Assembly (NCBI GenBank): GCA_002633005.1
Contig: NMRA01000638.1
Span: 73,965 to 137,964 of the forward strand
Reading direction: 5' to 3'
DNA from: Phoronis australis
Taxonomy: Eukaryota; Animalia; Phoronida
Length of the DNA: 64,000 bases
The notes under the pieces are model-generated. The model worked only from the letters and a program-made list of their open reading frames with translations, searched no databases and was not told where the DNA came from. The position numbers were made by a program, and so were the translations under genes. Shown here piece by piece: positions 1 through 12,800 of the stretch (its first letter is position 1; every line of letters begins with the position of its first letter).

Positions 1-147
1 TCAAAAAATACCACCTATTTTTAATGCATCACTTCTTTCAGGCACGACCACCCATAATTTGAGTTTTTTTCTGAAGACCACCACCCATGAATTTTTATTT
101 CTACTGCCGTCCCCCCCCTCCCACACGGATTTTACTGGAACAGCCCT
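1..147. mobile_element. Probable right end of a PIF/Harbinger-like MITE
   Basis: Ends with a C-run and ...TTTACTGGAACAGCCCTAA, a common Harbinger-type MITE terminus; left end is outside the window. Confidence 0.35.
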
Positions 148-665
148 AACATTAAACTTGCAAATTCTAGACAGCTGTTGTTTTAAACTTCAAGTCGTGT
201 TCAGCTATTTAAAATATTGTATTAAACTAAAGTAACTATCAGACTACACCGAATTTCAGTGAATTGTTTAACTATTCACACGCTTAAAAAATTCACAACA
301 TCTAAGCTCATGGCAAAATGTGTGGATGGCAATTAGCAACCAATTCAACAGTCTAACGAACTTTAACATATTCCAGCAACTGTCAAAAATGTTCTGCATG
401 CCCAAATACACCAACCTAATTCTTCAGAGTGTGAAGGCACCTTTAAGATGAGATGGAACATCCCTGCAAATTTTGTGACTACCTAGTAGTAAGTCAATCT
501 GAATCACAATTATTTTACTAGTTTCATGTTTTAGTGACAATGGCATACAATATAAAATCCATCATTTGCACATTTTCCTGAGTCAATATTTGTTAGTACT
601 CAACACCCTCAACTTAACAAACTTTTTACCAGCATTGGCTGTTAACCACCTCGAGTAACTCTTAC

Positions 666-892
666 CTCAACAAACTTCTCTGCCTCAGGTCCTGGTGGAG
701 GCTCTACCCCTTTCAGCTCAGGCTCCACCTTGGTGAGCCAATCAACAAGCTGATCATGCACCTCCTGGAACTCCCTAGCAACAGGTAGTGCCACCTTCAT
801 TTGTCCACCTCTCTTTAAAGCTTGCTGGCTCAATTCATCATAACGTGACCTTACATGAGCGAGCTTGTCAGCAACATGGGTAGAATCCTCTC
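666..892 (-). CDS. MACF1: Spectrin-repeat exon (EDSTHVADKL...EKFVE); gene continues beyond window start
   Basis: Acceptor TTTTGCAG|GA, donor GAG|GTAAGA. Confidence 0.9.
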
Positions 893-3800
893 CTGCAAAA
901 CAGGCCATTTGTGGTTAAATAACCAAGTTGAACATAAATCTCAGATGTATCTAAGAGTACACACTCATCAATCAAAATGGTCCCATCAAACACTGTGTCA
1001 GCCTTTTAATCAAAACTCCATGTAATACAAACTTCATTACCTGATGTATGCTTCAGCAGATCATTTCCAGTGGCAATGAAATCCTCCAACTGTTGCTGAT
1101 GCATGGCAATGTCAGAGGTCACAGCCTCGTTCTCAGTCAGTTGTTGTTCAATGCCCTTCACCTCAGTTGCCATGGTGCTCAGGTCGGCAAGTTTCTTGTC
1201 TGTGACATCCAACCAATAAAAGAAGGGGTCCATCTTGTCATGAAACTTCTGCAAGAACGTAAATTAAAATAAAGTGTAATGAAGAGGGGTGATAAACAAC
1301 TTAAATTCTGCAGTCAAGTGCAATAGAATAAAGGTGAAACACCAGAAAAATGTAAAATGATGAAATATGACGAAAGTCTCACTTCTGGTGGTATATAGGC
1401 TTGGTCTATGTAGGCACCAGTCCTTTTTGTTAACTTTTATTATTCAAAAACTATACGTCAGGTGTAACTAGATTTAATCACCTAATACAATGTGCAAGCA
1501 CAAAAATATACAAAAGTACTAAAATGTTAAAATGTGATATGCAATTGTCGGTGTGAAACTTAATATTACGTTACAGTGGGTGATTACAATTAAAACAAGA
1601 ACATTGTAAAGCACTACAATGATTCAAACAAAAATTTTTGTAATTAATAGAACTAAACTAAATTGTATTAACCATTTTCAATGTATGTATGTATAAAAAA
1701 CAACAGGGAAGAACCACCTTAGCCACGATCAGTGTATCCTCTAATGCCACTGCCCGCTGATCAGCCTTCGTTGTCTGATCTTTCCAACGATTCAACAAGT
1801 CAGCAATCTGAGACTCAACTTGGTCTTTGTCTGCACTGTCAGCCTGTTTACCAATCTGTTTGGCCATCTCTTGTACAGAGCTCACCATGTCCTTTCTGTC
1901 TTCAAGCATGCGTTGTAAGAACTGGAATGAAATGCATTTTAAAGTGGAACTTACACGCTAATAACAAATCTTTGTGATTTCTTGGCGACAATATGAATAT
2001 GAAGTACATTGAAAATTGCCAAATGTTTTTAAGAATGGCTTTAGTGACAAAAATGATCCTCCGCAAATTGGTGAACCGTGACGTATTGTGACATGGTGCT
2101 AAAAAATAATACAACATGGTGCGGGCTATATGAGGTCATAAGTTACATCATTAGAGCTAAGGTCTGCAAATTGCAGAATTGTTTGTTTTCACTTTTACAA
2201 ATTGTCAATGCATACAACTGCACTTTCTTTAGCGTAGATTATGCTAAAATGGCATTATCGTTTAGTTCCTGTTGTAAGTTAGCACAGTTAGGAGTATGCA
2301 AATACATCTTTAAGTGTTAATGAGGTTCAGCAGCTGCTTGGAAAATCTATAAGTGTGACAAAATTTCTGCAGTGAAACATAGTTCAGAATCCAACTGGTT
2401 TCAAAAAAATTCCCAAACATCCCCACAGGACTGGGAAATATGTGACTTTGAGCAACACAATAATAACACTTAAAGCAAGAAATGCATGACTTCAAAATGT
2501 GAATGTTTTTACCATAAGCAAAACACCACTTCATACATTTTATCTAGATCAAATATGCACCCAAAGATAAAAGTTAGATTCCTGGGTGCTTACGAGTAGG
2601 GAGCGGGAAAAGTTTTACAAATTTGATAAATTATACAACAAATCATTTTCTATTTTCTCACTGGTTTTATTTATTAATGGGTGTTGAATGGTACTTACTT
2701 TATTTTCGTATTAAACAAAAAGGTTTATGAAATGAGCACCATTATCACTGTCTTTACCATACCTTCTGTTCCTGAAGCTGTGCCTTGGCTACTTTATACT
2801 CGCATGATGGAGGCTTCTGATTGGCCATCATCTCCTCTGTTTCATCCAACCAGTCCAGAAGGGAGCCAATTGCTTCCTTGAATTTTCCAGACTGCAGTAA
2901 AGCCGTATCCAGCTGTCGTTCGCGCTCTGTGGCCTTCTCGTTGAGAGCAGACCACTTGTCATTTAATATTTCTAGCTCAGACTCAAGGGCACTAGTGTTG
3001 ACAGATGGTGCGGCAGAGCCCATGAGGGCATGGCCTTGCTTGTTGACGGCATCTACATGTTTGATCAGTGGTTCTAGATGGTCCTTCTGGAAAGTCTATT
3101 GGTAGATAACATATTTTTATTACAAAATCAAGAGCTTAAATTTCATTGGAAAAATCAAGCGCAAAAGGTGCCCAAAGTGCCTCGAAATGTATGACATTCA
3201 AGATGTAAAAAAGGAAAAGCATGATTTCAAAGTTACTATTTAAATGTATGCTAACAAAAACAACACACTGTTTCAACTATTTAAACTCTGGGGCAGCTTG
3301 TTTTAAATTATTAAGTGGTGGGAAGAATTCTGAGCCTTTTAAAACTCCCTACAATTAATGCAAACTAATATTTTTAATTCCCAAAAAGCCACCTATGTAA
3401 AAACAAGATAATTCTGAATCCAACATCATTCATAACAACACCAACAATTTCACTTACCTTGAATTGCTCCTGCTGTTGACGGATGACATCAACGTCACCA
3501 CCAACAGGACCATAACCATCTTCCTCCTGAGATGCTTTCTCCATCTTGGACAGGACGGCGCGCAAGCTATCCTGGAACTTGCTTACCAGACAATGGGCGG
3601 CCGTCAGTTCCACTTGTCTCTGATTGGCTCGGCTTGTCAGACGCGAATGCTGGTGCTTCAAAGTGTTCACCTTAAGTACAGAACAAGAAATTGTGAACTT
3701 GGAGGTCACGATTCTCAATTAAGAGGCGGTTCCCATAACAGGCACTAAACATTGCCCAAATTTAGACAATCTATGACACCACAGGCACTATCTCATGTAT

Positions 3801-6800
3801 ATGAGGACTGTTGTGTGTAAAGAACATGAAGGTAGCATTTGTTTGATATCAAATACAAAAGATATTCTTCCCAAGCAGAATACAGTAACATCCTGCTGAA
3901 CAGTCACTTTTAGGGGGTGGAAATGTTTGCAAAAATGTCTACAATGCGGTGCATATTTTAAATCCTTAATAGAATCATTTGGAATTCTTCCCCAAGTATC
4001 TATTCAGGCAGCACACTGCATCAGACCANGTTACTATTTAAATGTATGCTAACAAAAACAACACACTGTTTCAACTATTTAAACTCTGGGGCAGCTTGTT
4101 TCAAATTATTAAGTGGTGGGAAGAATTCTGAGCCTTTTAAAACTCCCTACAATCAATGCAAACTAATATTTTTAATTCCCAACAAGCCACCTATGTAAAA
4201 ACAAGATAATTCTGAATGCAACATCATTCATAACAACACCAACAATTTGACTTACCTTGAATTGCTCCTGCTGTTGCCGGATGACATCAACGTCACCACC
4301 AACAGGACCATAACCATCTTCCTCCTGAGATGCTTTCTCCATCTTGGACAGGACGGCGCGCAAGCTATCCTGGAACTTGCCTACCAGACAATGGGCGGCC
4401 GTCAGTTCCACTTGTCTCTGATTGGCTCGGCTTGTCAGACGCGAATGTTGGTGCTTCAAAGTGTTCACCTTAAGTACAGAACAAGAAATTGTGAACTTGG
4501 AGGTCACAATTCTCAATTAAGAGGCGGTTCCCATAACAGGCACTAAACATTGCCCAAATTTAGACAATCTATGACACCACAGGCACTATCTCATGTATAT
4601 GAGGACTGTTGTGTGTAAAGAACATGAAGGTAGCATTTGTTTGATATCAAATACAAAAGATATTCTTCCCAAGCAGAATACAGTAACATCCTGCTGAACA
4701 GTCACTTTTAGGGGGTGGAAATGTTTGCAAAAATGTCTACAATGCGGTGCATATTTTAAATCCTTAATAGAATCATTTGGAATTCTTCCCCAAGTATCTA
4801 TTCAGGCAGCACACTGCATCAGACCATTTACAACGTCATATACCTGAGTCTGACAGGAATGTGTGTCTGAGATATAGCCACTCTCCACCAAGTTCTTATA
4901 CTCTTCCTCAATGTCTTGAAGAGCAGCCCTCTTCTCAAGCAGGCCAGACTGCAACTCCTGTATTGAGATACAGAAAGCAACTTGATCAATCCTGTGAGAT
5001 ACTATACACAAAAAATGAGTGTTAAAATCAAGCAAAACCATGAAGCAAAACGCCATGTTCTCTTTAGTCTAAATGTGTGCCTCAGTTCTACACGCCTAAG
5101 TACAAAACAAAACAGTAACAATATTCCAATCATAATATCTTCTTTGTCACCTCTCAGAACAAAACAGAGGTTTACCGAACAAGACCGGGGCTGCATTCAA
5201 CAAGTTTCATGAGAGTTTGGCACGATCATGTACGTCTTAGTGAAATATTGCCTGAAACACGTGATTTCACAGTTTTCACTAACAAGCATCTTCATAACAA
5301 AACCAGCCAATGTTGGCACAGAAGATGCTTATTAGTTTGACAAAACAGACTTAAATGTGATGAACATTTTGGATCGCTGAACACAAGACAAGGTGAATGA
5401 TTATGAACTTCAACTGACCTCAACATCATAAATCTGTCTTTTAAGCACATCTGGATCACGGCCTACAGCGTCCTTATTGTCCAAATCTTCTTCTAGTTCA
5501 GCAAGCTGGGTGCTGACAGTCCTTAGAAGTGACTAAAAAGAAAAATTTAGCATATGTGACCAGAGGGCATCACTTTTCAAAATTTATTTATGACTGGTCC
5601 ATGCCTTAACACTATATGTCATGACATCTACACATTCAGGCAGGTAAACTTGACTCAATTTTGAAGCATTTGTGTTACAGGGGAACAACTAACTGACAAG
5701 CAAGCTTATCTCATTGTGCGAGACAACTGTAATTAGGCAAGAGACATAACTAGGGACAACTTCAAGCATATATCCTTGGCAATGAGTTTATTTTACCTTA
5801 CTTAGAAACGTGGTGGGGCAGAATGACTATACTGAATCAACAACTAAAAATAATACAAACAAAACTATACCTGATACTGTCCAACAATCTGCTGTCCCAT
5901 TTCAATCTGTGATATCCAGGATTCCACATTGTCCAGCAAGTTGTCATAGCGCAGTCTCGTTTTGGAACTTTCGGCCTGAATCTTATCTGACCCCTTGACC
6001 CCAACACCAACATTTTGAGCAAACTCCTGAATGCTGTCCACTTGGTCAGACATTGCTTGTAGCTCTTCTTGCATGGACTGAATAAATTTCACCAAAAAAA
6101 TATCAAACACATTTCTCCTGAGCACAGGTTTTTTAAGCAGTTAAATATTGAAATTATTCTGCAGAGCACGTTCTAAGCAAGACATACAACAATATACAGG
6201 CTAGACATTAGCTTACACTGTCTTGAAGCGACAAGTCTTACATACGGGAAGTAAACAGTAAATCAATCCCACAATTGAACACTAACTTCAGTGACCAACA
6301 TTTTTCTAGGAAAGGCTAACACGCTCCTCAAAATACCAAACAACTGGTTTTAACTTGCATGATTTTGTGAGGTCTTGTGAGATCTTGCTTTTCTCCAGTT
6401 TACTAAATGACCCTGGCAAAATCATACAAGTGACAGCACTTACTTTCAACTTGTCCAGGTGCTTGCTGTCCTTGCCAGCACTACCGAGAATCTTGTGGGT
6501 GGTCATCTTGTCCTCGTGCTTGCGCAGGGCCGCTGACACATCCTTGTGAAGGTCGTGGTGCTCCAGGAGTAGTTGGCTGGCCTCTTCTAGTTTCTGCATG
6601 TTCTCAGCCACTACTGTTAGCGAATAAGACAGAATTTAGAAAGAAGATTACAACATTCTGCATACAAGACATCAAGTGCACAATATATCAAACTTTAAGT
6701 CTTTATGACAAGGGATAAATGACAGTTATTGTTCGAGTTGTAGCTGAAAATTATGAAATTCTGATTTAACTATCCAATTACCACGCATTCACAGCACATT

Positions 6801-9800
6801 TCCTTTCATGCTGTCATGTTAAAACCAAACAAATGGTGATAAGAGATAATTAGTACAGTGCTCAAATCCTACTACCAAACTCAGGCCTCCCAAGAGAGAT
6901 TCTGCAGTCTAAATCATCTTACGGTTACCTCAAATTTTATTTAGCAGCCTCCATTCTAACTTGCATATCAAAAAAAATCAAACTTTATTTAGCAGCCTCC
7001 ACTTGCATATCAAGAAACAACTAGGCTTTGTTAACTAGTAAAAATATTTTCTGAAAGAAAAAAGATTAGGGAATATAAAAATATGTTTTACAATTATATT
7101 TATGAACCATTACTATTACTACATTAACACCTTTTTACGTCAAAATATCACTTTAAGAAAGGTAGTACATTCATAGCAAAACACCCCTCGGTCGATTTTA
7201 ATGAAACCTTTTTTAAATGAAAACTTCACCAGATTCCTCAAAAACACTGTTAAGAATTTGCATTTAGTCATTTTCCGTGACTTCTATGACAAATCAGCTT
7301 GCAAACATAAGGTATTTTTGTAAAAAATAGCACTCGTATTCATCTTTGTAACATTACGCAAAAACCAGGCATTTATATCGAAAATTATCATAGACAGTGT
7401 TTTTGAGATTGATGAATAAATTTGGAAAGTCTCAGCGAAATCCACCAAGTTGTTCAAATTGAGTAGATTTGCCGAAGCCAAGAAAACGCTGTTGAATCGT
7501 GAGAGGTGAAAGTCTCAAGGTATTCAGTTAATTATTCGATGAAAACTTGTTTTCGGTCAATATAAACTATACAGCCCATAGCCATGTTCATTATTTCAAC
7601 ATTCATGCGCAATTTCATCTGAATTTGCAGTGCATAATTAACTTAATTTTCACAAAAGCATTTAATTTAAAGTCGATTTCCAATGCATCCAATCCAACTA
7701 GGTCACGGGTGGAGCCAACATATTAATTAGGTCAAGCTGGTGCATTGTGGTCCACTTTAAAGCAGGTCAACAGTTCGTTGTTAGACAAATGACGGGCTGC
7801 AGGGAGACTGACATGAAACCCGACTACAAAATGGATACAGAAATCTGGTCAGTGGTTAAAGCATGTCATGAGCATGAGTTCACAATACTGAAATGTCAAA
7901 TTACCTGAATTAAGGAATTAAGGTGAGGATTTAACTCTTTCCACAACTTACTGTGTTCGTAAACACTAAGTCACAGAGATGTGAGGCGACTCGTAGCATT
8001 CATTCTCAACGGTCATATGCATGCAGACACACAACTCTCATTATCAAAGCTATGTTTTGTCTGAGTTTTCCCTGGCACCGCTCCATCATATACACACGTC
8101 GTTGATGCAATAGTATGGCAACTTGGTGAATGAAAGGACTGAGCAACTCTGTGCCTCGCGGGAGATTCAATTTTAGTGCCAGCCTGATAACCTTTGACCT
8201 CGGATAAGTAGAAACAAATTTCCATGAGGTTGTGCAGTTCAAAGGTGGTTCTGCTTAACCTTTTTTCTCGATACATGGTATACATTTCGTAATTGAAGTT
8301 CCCCATAGATGAAGATAATGTATTTTTCTAGACATATGTGAAATATTATAAAAATTGGACAACTTTCATGAATAGCGTTTGAGATATTCTTAATTTGAAA
8401 TATATTTTAAAACAACAACCCAACTCGTGCAGCTACGTACCTTTGTTCAACTGGTTCCAGCGCTGATTCAGGTTGTCCACCTGTTCTCTTACTGACCCAT
8501 GGTCACTCTCTACCGTGTCCATCAGTTGGTTACTATCTAGGATCATACTTTCGTGGTCACGAGACTTGCGAAGGATCTCATTCTGAATTGCCTACAAACC
8601 AACAATTTATAGACTAAATGCATCAAACTAATTTGTAGCTGACAACCTTAAGGTCACTCATTTGAACACACTTTACACATAAGTCACTGTCAAGCACAAC
8701 ATGTCAAAAACATTAACTAAATGAAATCAATACTTCAAGCCTCACCTGATAGTCCTTCAGTTGCCTAGCAATGGCCTCCTTGTCCAATCCAGGCTCCCGT
8801 GCACCGACCACTTTCTCTTCTGTCAGTTCCAGCCAGGCCAACAAACGTCCCAGACTCATCTGAAATTTCTTGGCATTCTCGTTACAAGTGTGCAGCTTCT
8901 CTTGTCTGCGAGCTGACTTGTCTGACAACTTCCTCCACTGAGTTTCAATGGCAGCAAGGTTTCGTTGGATGTCTGACACGTTGGCTCCAGGTGCGGCCGT
9001 CGACAGGAAGTGATGACCCTTGAGCAAGAGTTCTTGCATCTCGGCCTCTTTGTCAGACATATCTTTCTGCAGAGCCTATACACGCCAAATAAAAAAATAG
9101 TTAGCAAACACAAAGCTACTGACCAAAGAAAACACGATCATTTTAATGACAGACTAGTTGCTGGAAATAGAACAAGAAACCACAAAACTATTGCAACACT
9201 ACTACAATTTTTTTGCAACATGTCCATTTCAAAATCTACCCAGCAATCAACAATCCAGCCATCAAATTATGTGCTTTTGATTATCTAAATCATTTTTTAA
9301 ATACATCACAAACTAAAATTGCATGATTTTTTATACATATGCAAAATATAAATAACTTCAAAACATTTCTTTAACAAAAGTAAAGTAATTTCTAGTAAAT
9401 CGCGCTATCCTTACAATAGGTAACAGTCTCAAGTGGGTAGTCCTTCCTACCTCATGTTGCCGTAACTGGTCCCTGAGGGCATCTTCCTTCCCAGACACTG
9501 GAGTGTGTCCATCCACCACATCCTGTGACGATTCTATCCATGCCAGCAGGTCGCTGCATGATGCAGAGAACTTCTGCCCCTCCTTCAATGCTCCCTCTAC
9601 CTCACACTTACGCTGATCTGTAGGCAAAAGAAAATAACTGTTTTCGTGTCAGTTATTAATTTTTAAGGGTTTTAATCAATGTTTATGTACTAGATGAAGG
9701 AAGAGTATAATTTTTACAAATATAAGTGTACCAAACATACAAGGGAATTGTTTTCAAAATCCTTTTTTCAAACAAATAATACAGGGAACATTTATTCGAG

Positions 9801-12800
9801 CTTAGCATTTATTTCAAGCAGGAAGTTTATCCAAAAAATGAGGGATAATGGATCACTCATTTTTAAAACATCAAATACTTAACATTTTAAAGCAGTGTTT
9901 AACACAAAAACAAATTAAATTTTTAGGACACTTGAATAGTTAAGTTGTTCTCATTTAAGCGACAAATATCAATCAACAAGTAATTATTAGGTTACACAAG
10001 TCTCTTTAAAGCGATTCTATATTTACAATGGCCACGACTGAGAGAAGCAAATGTCTAAGCGAAAACATTACAACAAAAAATGTTGTCACAAATTTGGAAG
10101 CAGCTCTTACTTTAGAAAGATTCATCTTTCTGTCTCAACATCGATACTTTTAAAAAGGCAAACCAATCACCATACAGTACAATGTTTCATACCTATTTTC
10201 TTCCTAACATCTACGAATGGCCTCTCGACACCAGTTAATTTGTTTTTCAGGTCAAACTTGACTGATGATTCTTTGTTGGCATCACACAGCTTCCTACACA
10301 AATCTCTGGCTTCCTTCAATGTGCGTTCTCGCATGGCCGCATCTTGTTCCATTCCCTCCACTGCTGCCATCTGCGCTTTCACAGCCTCTGGGTGGGAGCT
10401 GAGTGGGGTTACTTCCGCGGAAACCTTCTCTGTGGCAACCAACACCCACTCTTCCAACTCCTGCAGAGTGTCATAGAACTTTGAACTCAGGTCGAAGTTT
10501 AACTTAAGCTGGTCGCGTCTCTTGTTCAAATTCTCCTGCAGACCATCCCACTTCCTGTTAACATCATCCAGCTGACGGTTGATCTGTTTGGCATCCTCAG
10601 AGTCAGGCTCGCATCGATCTAGAATGGCAAGACCTAACTGGATAAACTGGTCATACTGAGGTTGGTGACTCGTCAGTTCATCTTGCAGGACCTGCACTTG
10701 CTCCAGTTGGTTACGCACCATTGATGGTTCTGTTGCAAGGGTACCAAGGACGCCAAATAGCTTTTCTTTTTGGGTTAGCCAGCGTACCAGCGAGTCATGC
10801 AATGTCTTGAAGCTGTTCAAATCCTTCACCATTGTCCTCAGGGCTTGCATACGCTCATCCGACGTTGACTTGAGACCGACCCACTTATCCTCTGGAAACA
10901 CAAGTACCACTGCATCAAAAAGTACAGTACAATCGTTACCACAAAATGCCATTTTGAGTATGTGTTTTAACAAAGCGTGTACAAGTTAAATACTGGCAGA
11001 TAAATATCTTTGCTGTACAAACATGTTATCCCTCTAACACATTCTCAAGAGACTCTTTGACATGACATCTAAACTGCAAACAAGACTAAATATACTTTTA
11101 ACCAAGCTTGGCTAAGTCATCTAATTCTTAAAGCTTAAATGTCCATGCTACTTTACTACTGCTTTGGTTAGCATGAATAAGATTACTGATGGCAAAAAAC
11201 TTGAAAAAGCTAATAAGTTGGTCAAGTTACATTTTTAAACAATGCATTCCAAGCTTGGAAAACCTAGTTTCTCAGTAACCATGGTCGTAGAGGAGGCAGT
11301 GTGGCCTAGTGGGATAGGTGTCCACTTCCTTTACTAAAGGTTGTGAGTTTAAGTCCCACTGGGGCACACTGCTAGATCCTTGAGTCAGGTCTCTAGCTCC
11401 TGAGCTCAATTTACCTGTATATTACTAAAGCACAAGAAGAGCAACATGGAGCGTTGAAATGCGCCCACGAATGCATCTCAAACGGTGTGCTTCTAGGATT
11501 GTTTATTTGGAACATAAAAATGGCCACTAGATGGTGCAAAATACGTCAAATCCATCTGAAAACTGGTATGTGTCATCAAAGCTATTTATCAAATTTCATA
11601 AAAATCTGTAAAGGAACTTCTGAGAAACCGAGAAAAACGTAAAAATGAAACTGCCACTAAGAGGGTATAGGCGCAAAAAAAAACTGCCACTAAGAGGCGC
11701 CACGGTAGATAATGACAGCAAAAAATCATTGCCAGACTTCCTCTTCACATTAGGAACATACATGCCAATTTCCACAATCATCCTAAGAGTGGTCTGGTTG
11801 ACAGAGGGGCAGATGCCAAAAAACAGACTCAAAAACAGTAAAAATGACCACAAGATGGCACAAAATGCCTCGAATTTAACCGAAAACCGGATGATGGCGT
11901 CACGTCACTAATAGATGCCTATCTGCCAAATTTTATGAAAATCCATTGACGACTTTTAAGATACAAACTAAAATTCCCACTAGGGGGCAAACCAGTAGCC
12001 CGATCCGTCTGAATGTCGTTAACCTCTGTTGTCAACTTCATACAAATACACCAGAAAAATTCAATAAAGATCATATAGAGCGTTTAAGAGATAAAGTCAT
12101 GGACGCAAAAACAAACAAAACTACCATTTAGGAGGCGCCACAGTAGTCGCCCTCTTCACAGTAAAAACATATACCGTATTCGCCGTAATAACTGCCCAGG
12201 GCGCTTAGAAAGTCGGTTTCAGAGGGGCACTTATTATAACCCAAGGCCGTTGAAAATCAGTCTCCGAAAAGGGAAGCTAAGATTCATCATATTTACGCTC
12301 TGTGACATATCTGTAATCTATGAAAGACTTTCTACAAAAACCGTGGTGCATTGCTATCAAACTTTGCTGCTAAACTAAGATCATTTTACAGAAAATTGTG
12401 CTGAAATCCCAGGGCGAAAATTTGCCTACTCCCTGCCTCGCAATCGTCGATATGGCGACTTGAATGCTTGAATAAAAATACAGTTTCGACTCAAGCAAAT
12501 TACCTGAAATCCTCCTTAAGTTTTCCAAGTAGCGTCGCTAAGATTTTTAAGTTACCGTGGAGTTGGGATCACCGCAGGTTTAAGTACAAATATGTGCTAC
12601 ATCGTGCCATCTACATGTATGATTGGCAACATGAGAAAAATGTCTGGACGAACACACATGTTGTTGTCACGTGACGTTTGTTTTGAAGTTGTCTGCGTTT
12701 GTGCGTAAGCGAGTGTGTGCGTGTCACCAGAGTTCATTTGCCAGAGCAGAGACCGTCTTTTGGCCAAAGCCATGCAATCTAACGAGCTAGATGTGCATTG

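Noticed and set aside
8420-8446. Splice donor of exon 8441 possibly supplied by the terminal repeat of the element starting at 7158
   Set aside because: Similarity is limited to AAAGGTA(C)GTA, too short to distinguish from chance
11288-11370. Possible tRNA gene
   Set aside because: Degenerate B box, no convincing cloverleaf, and followed by SINE-like body sequence
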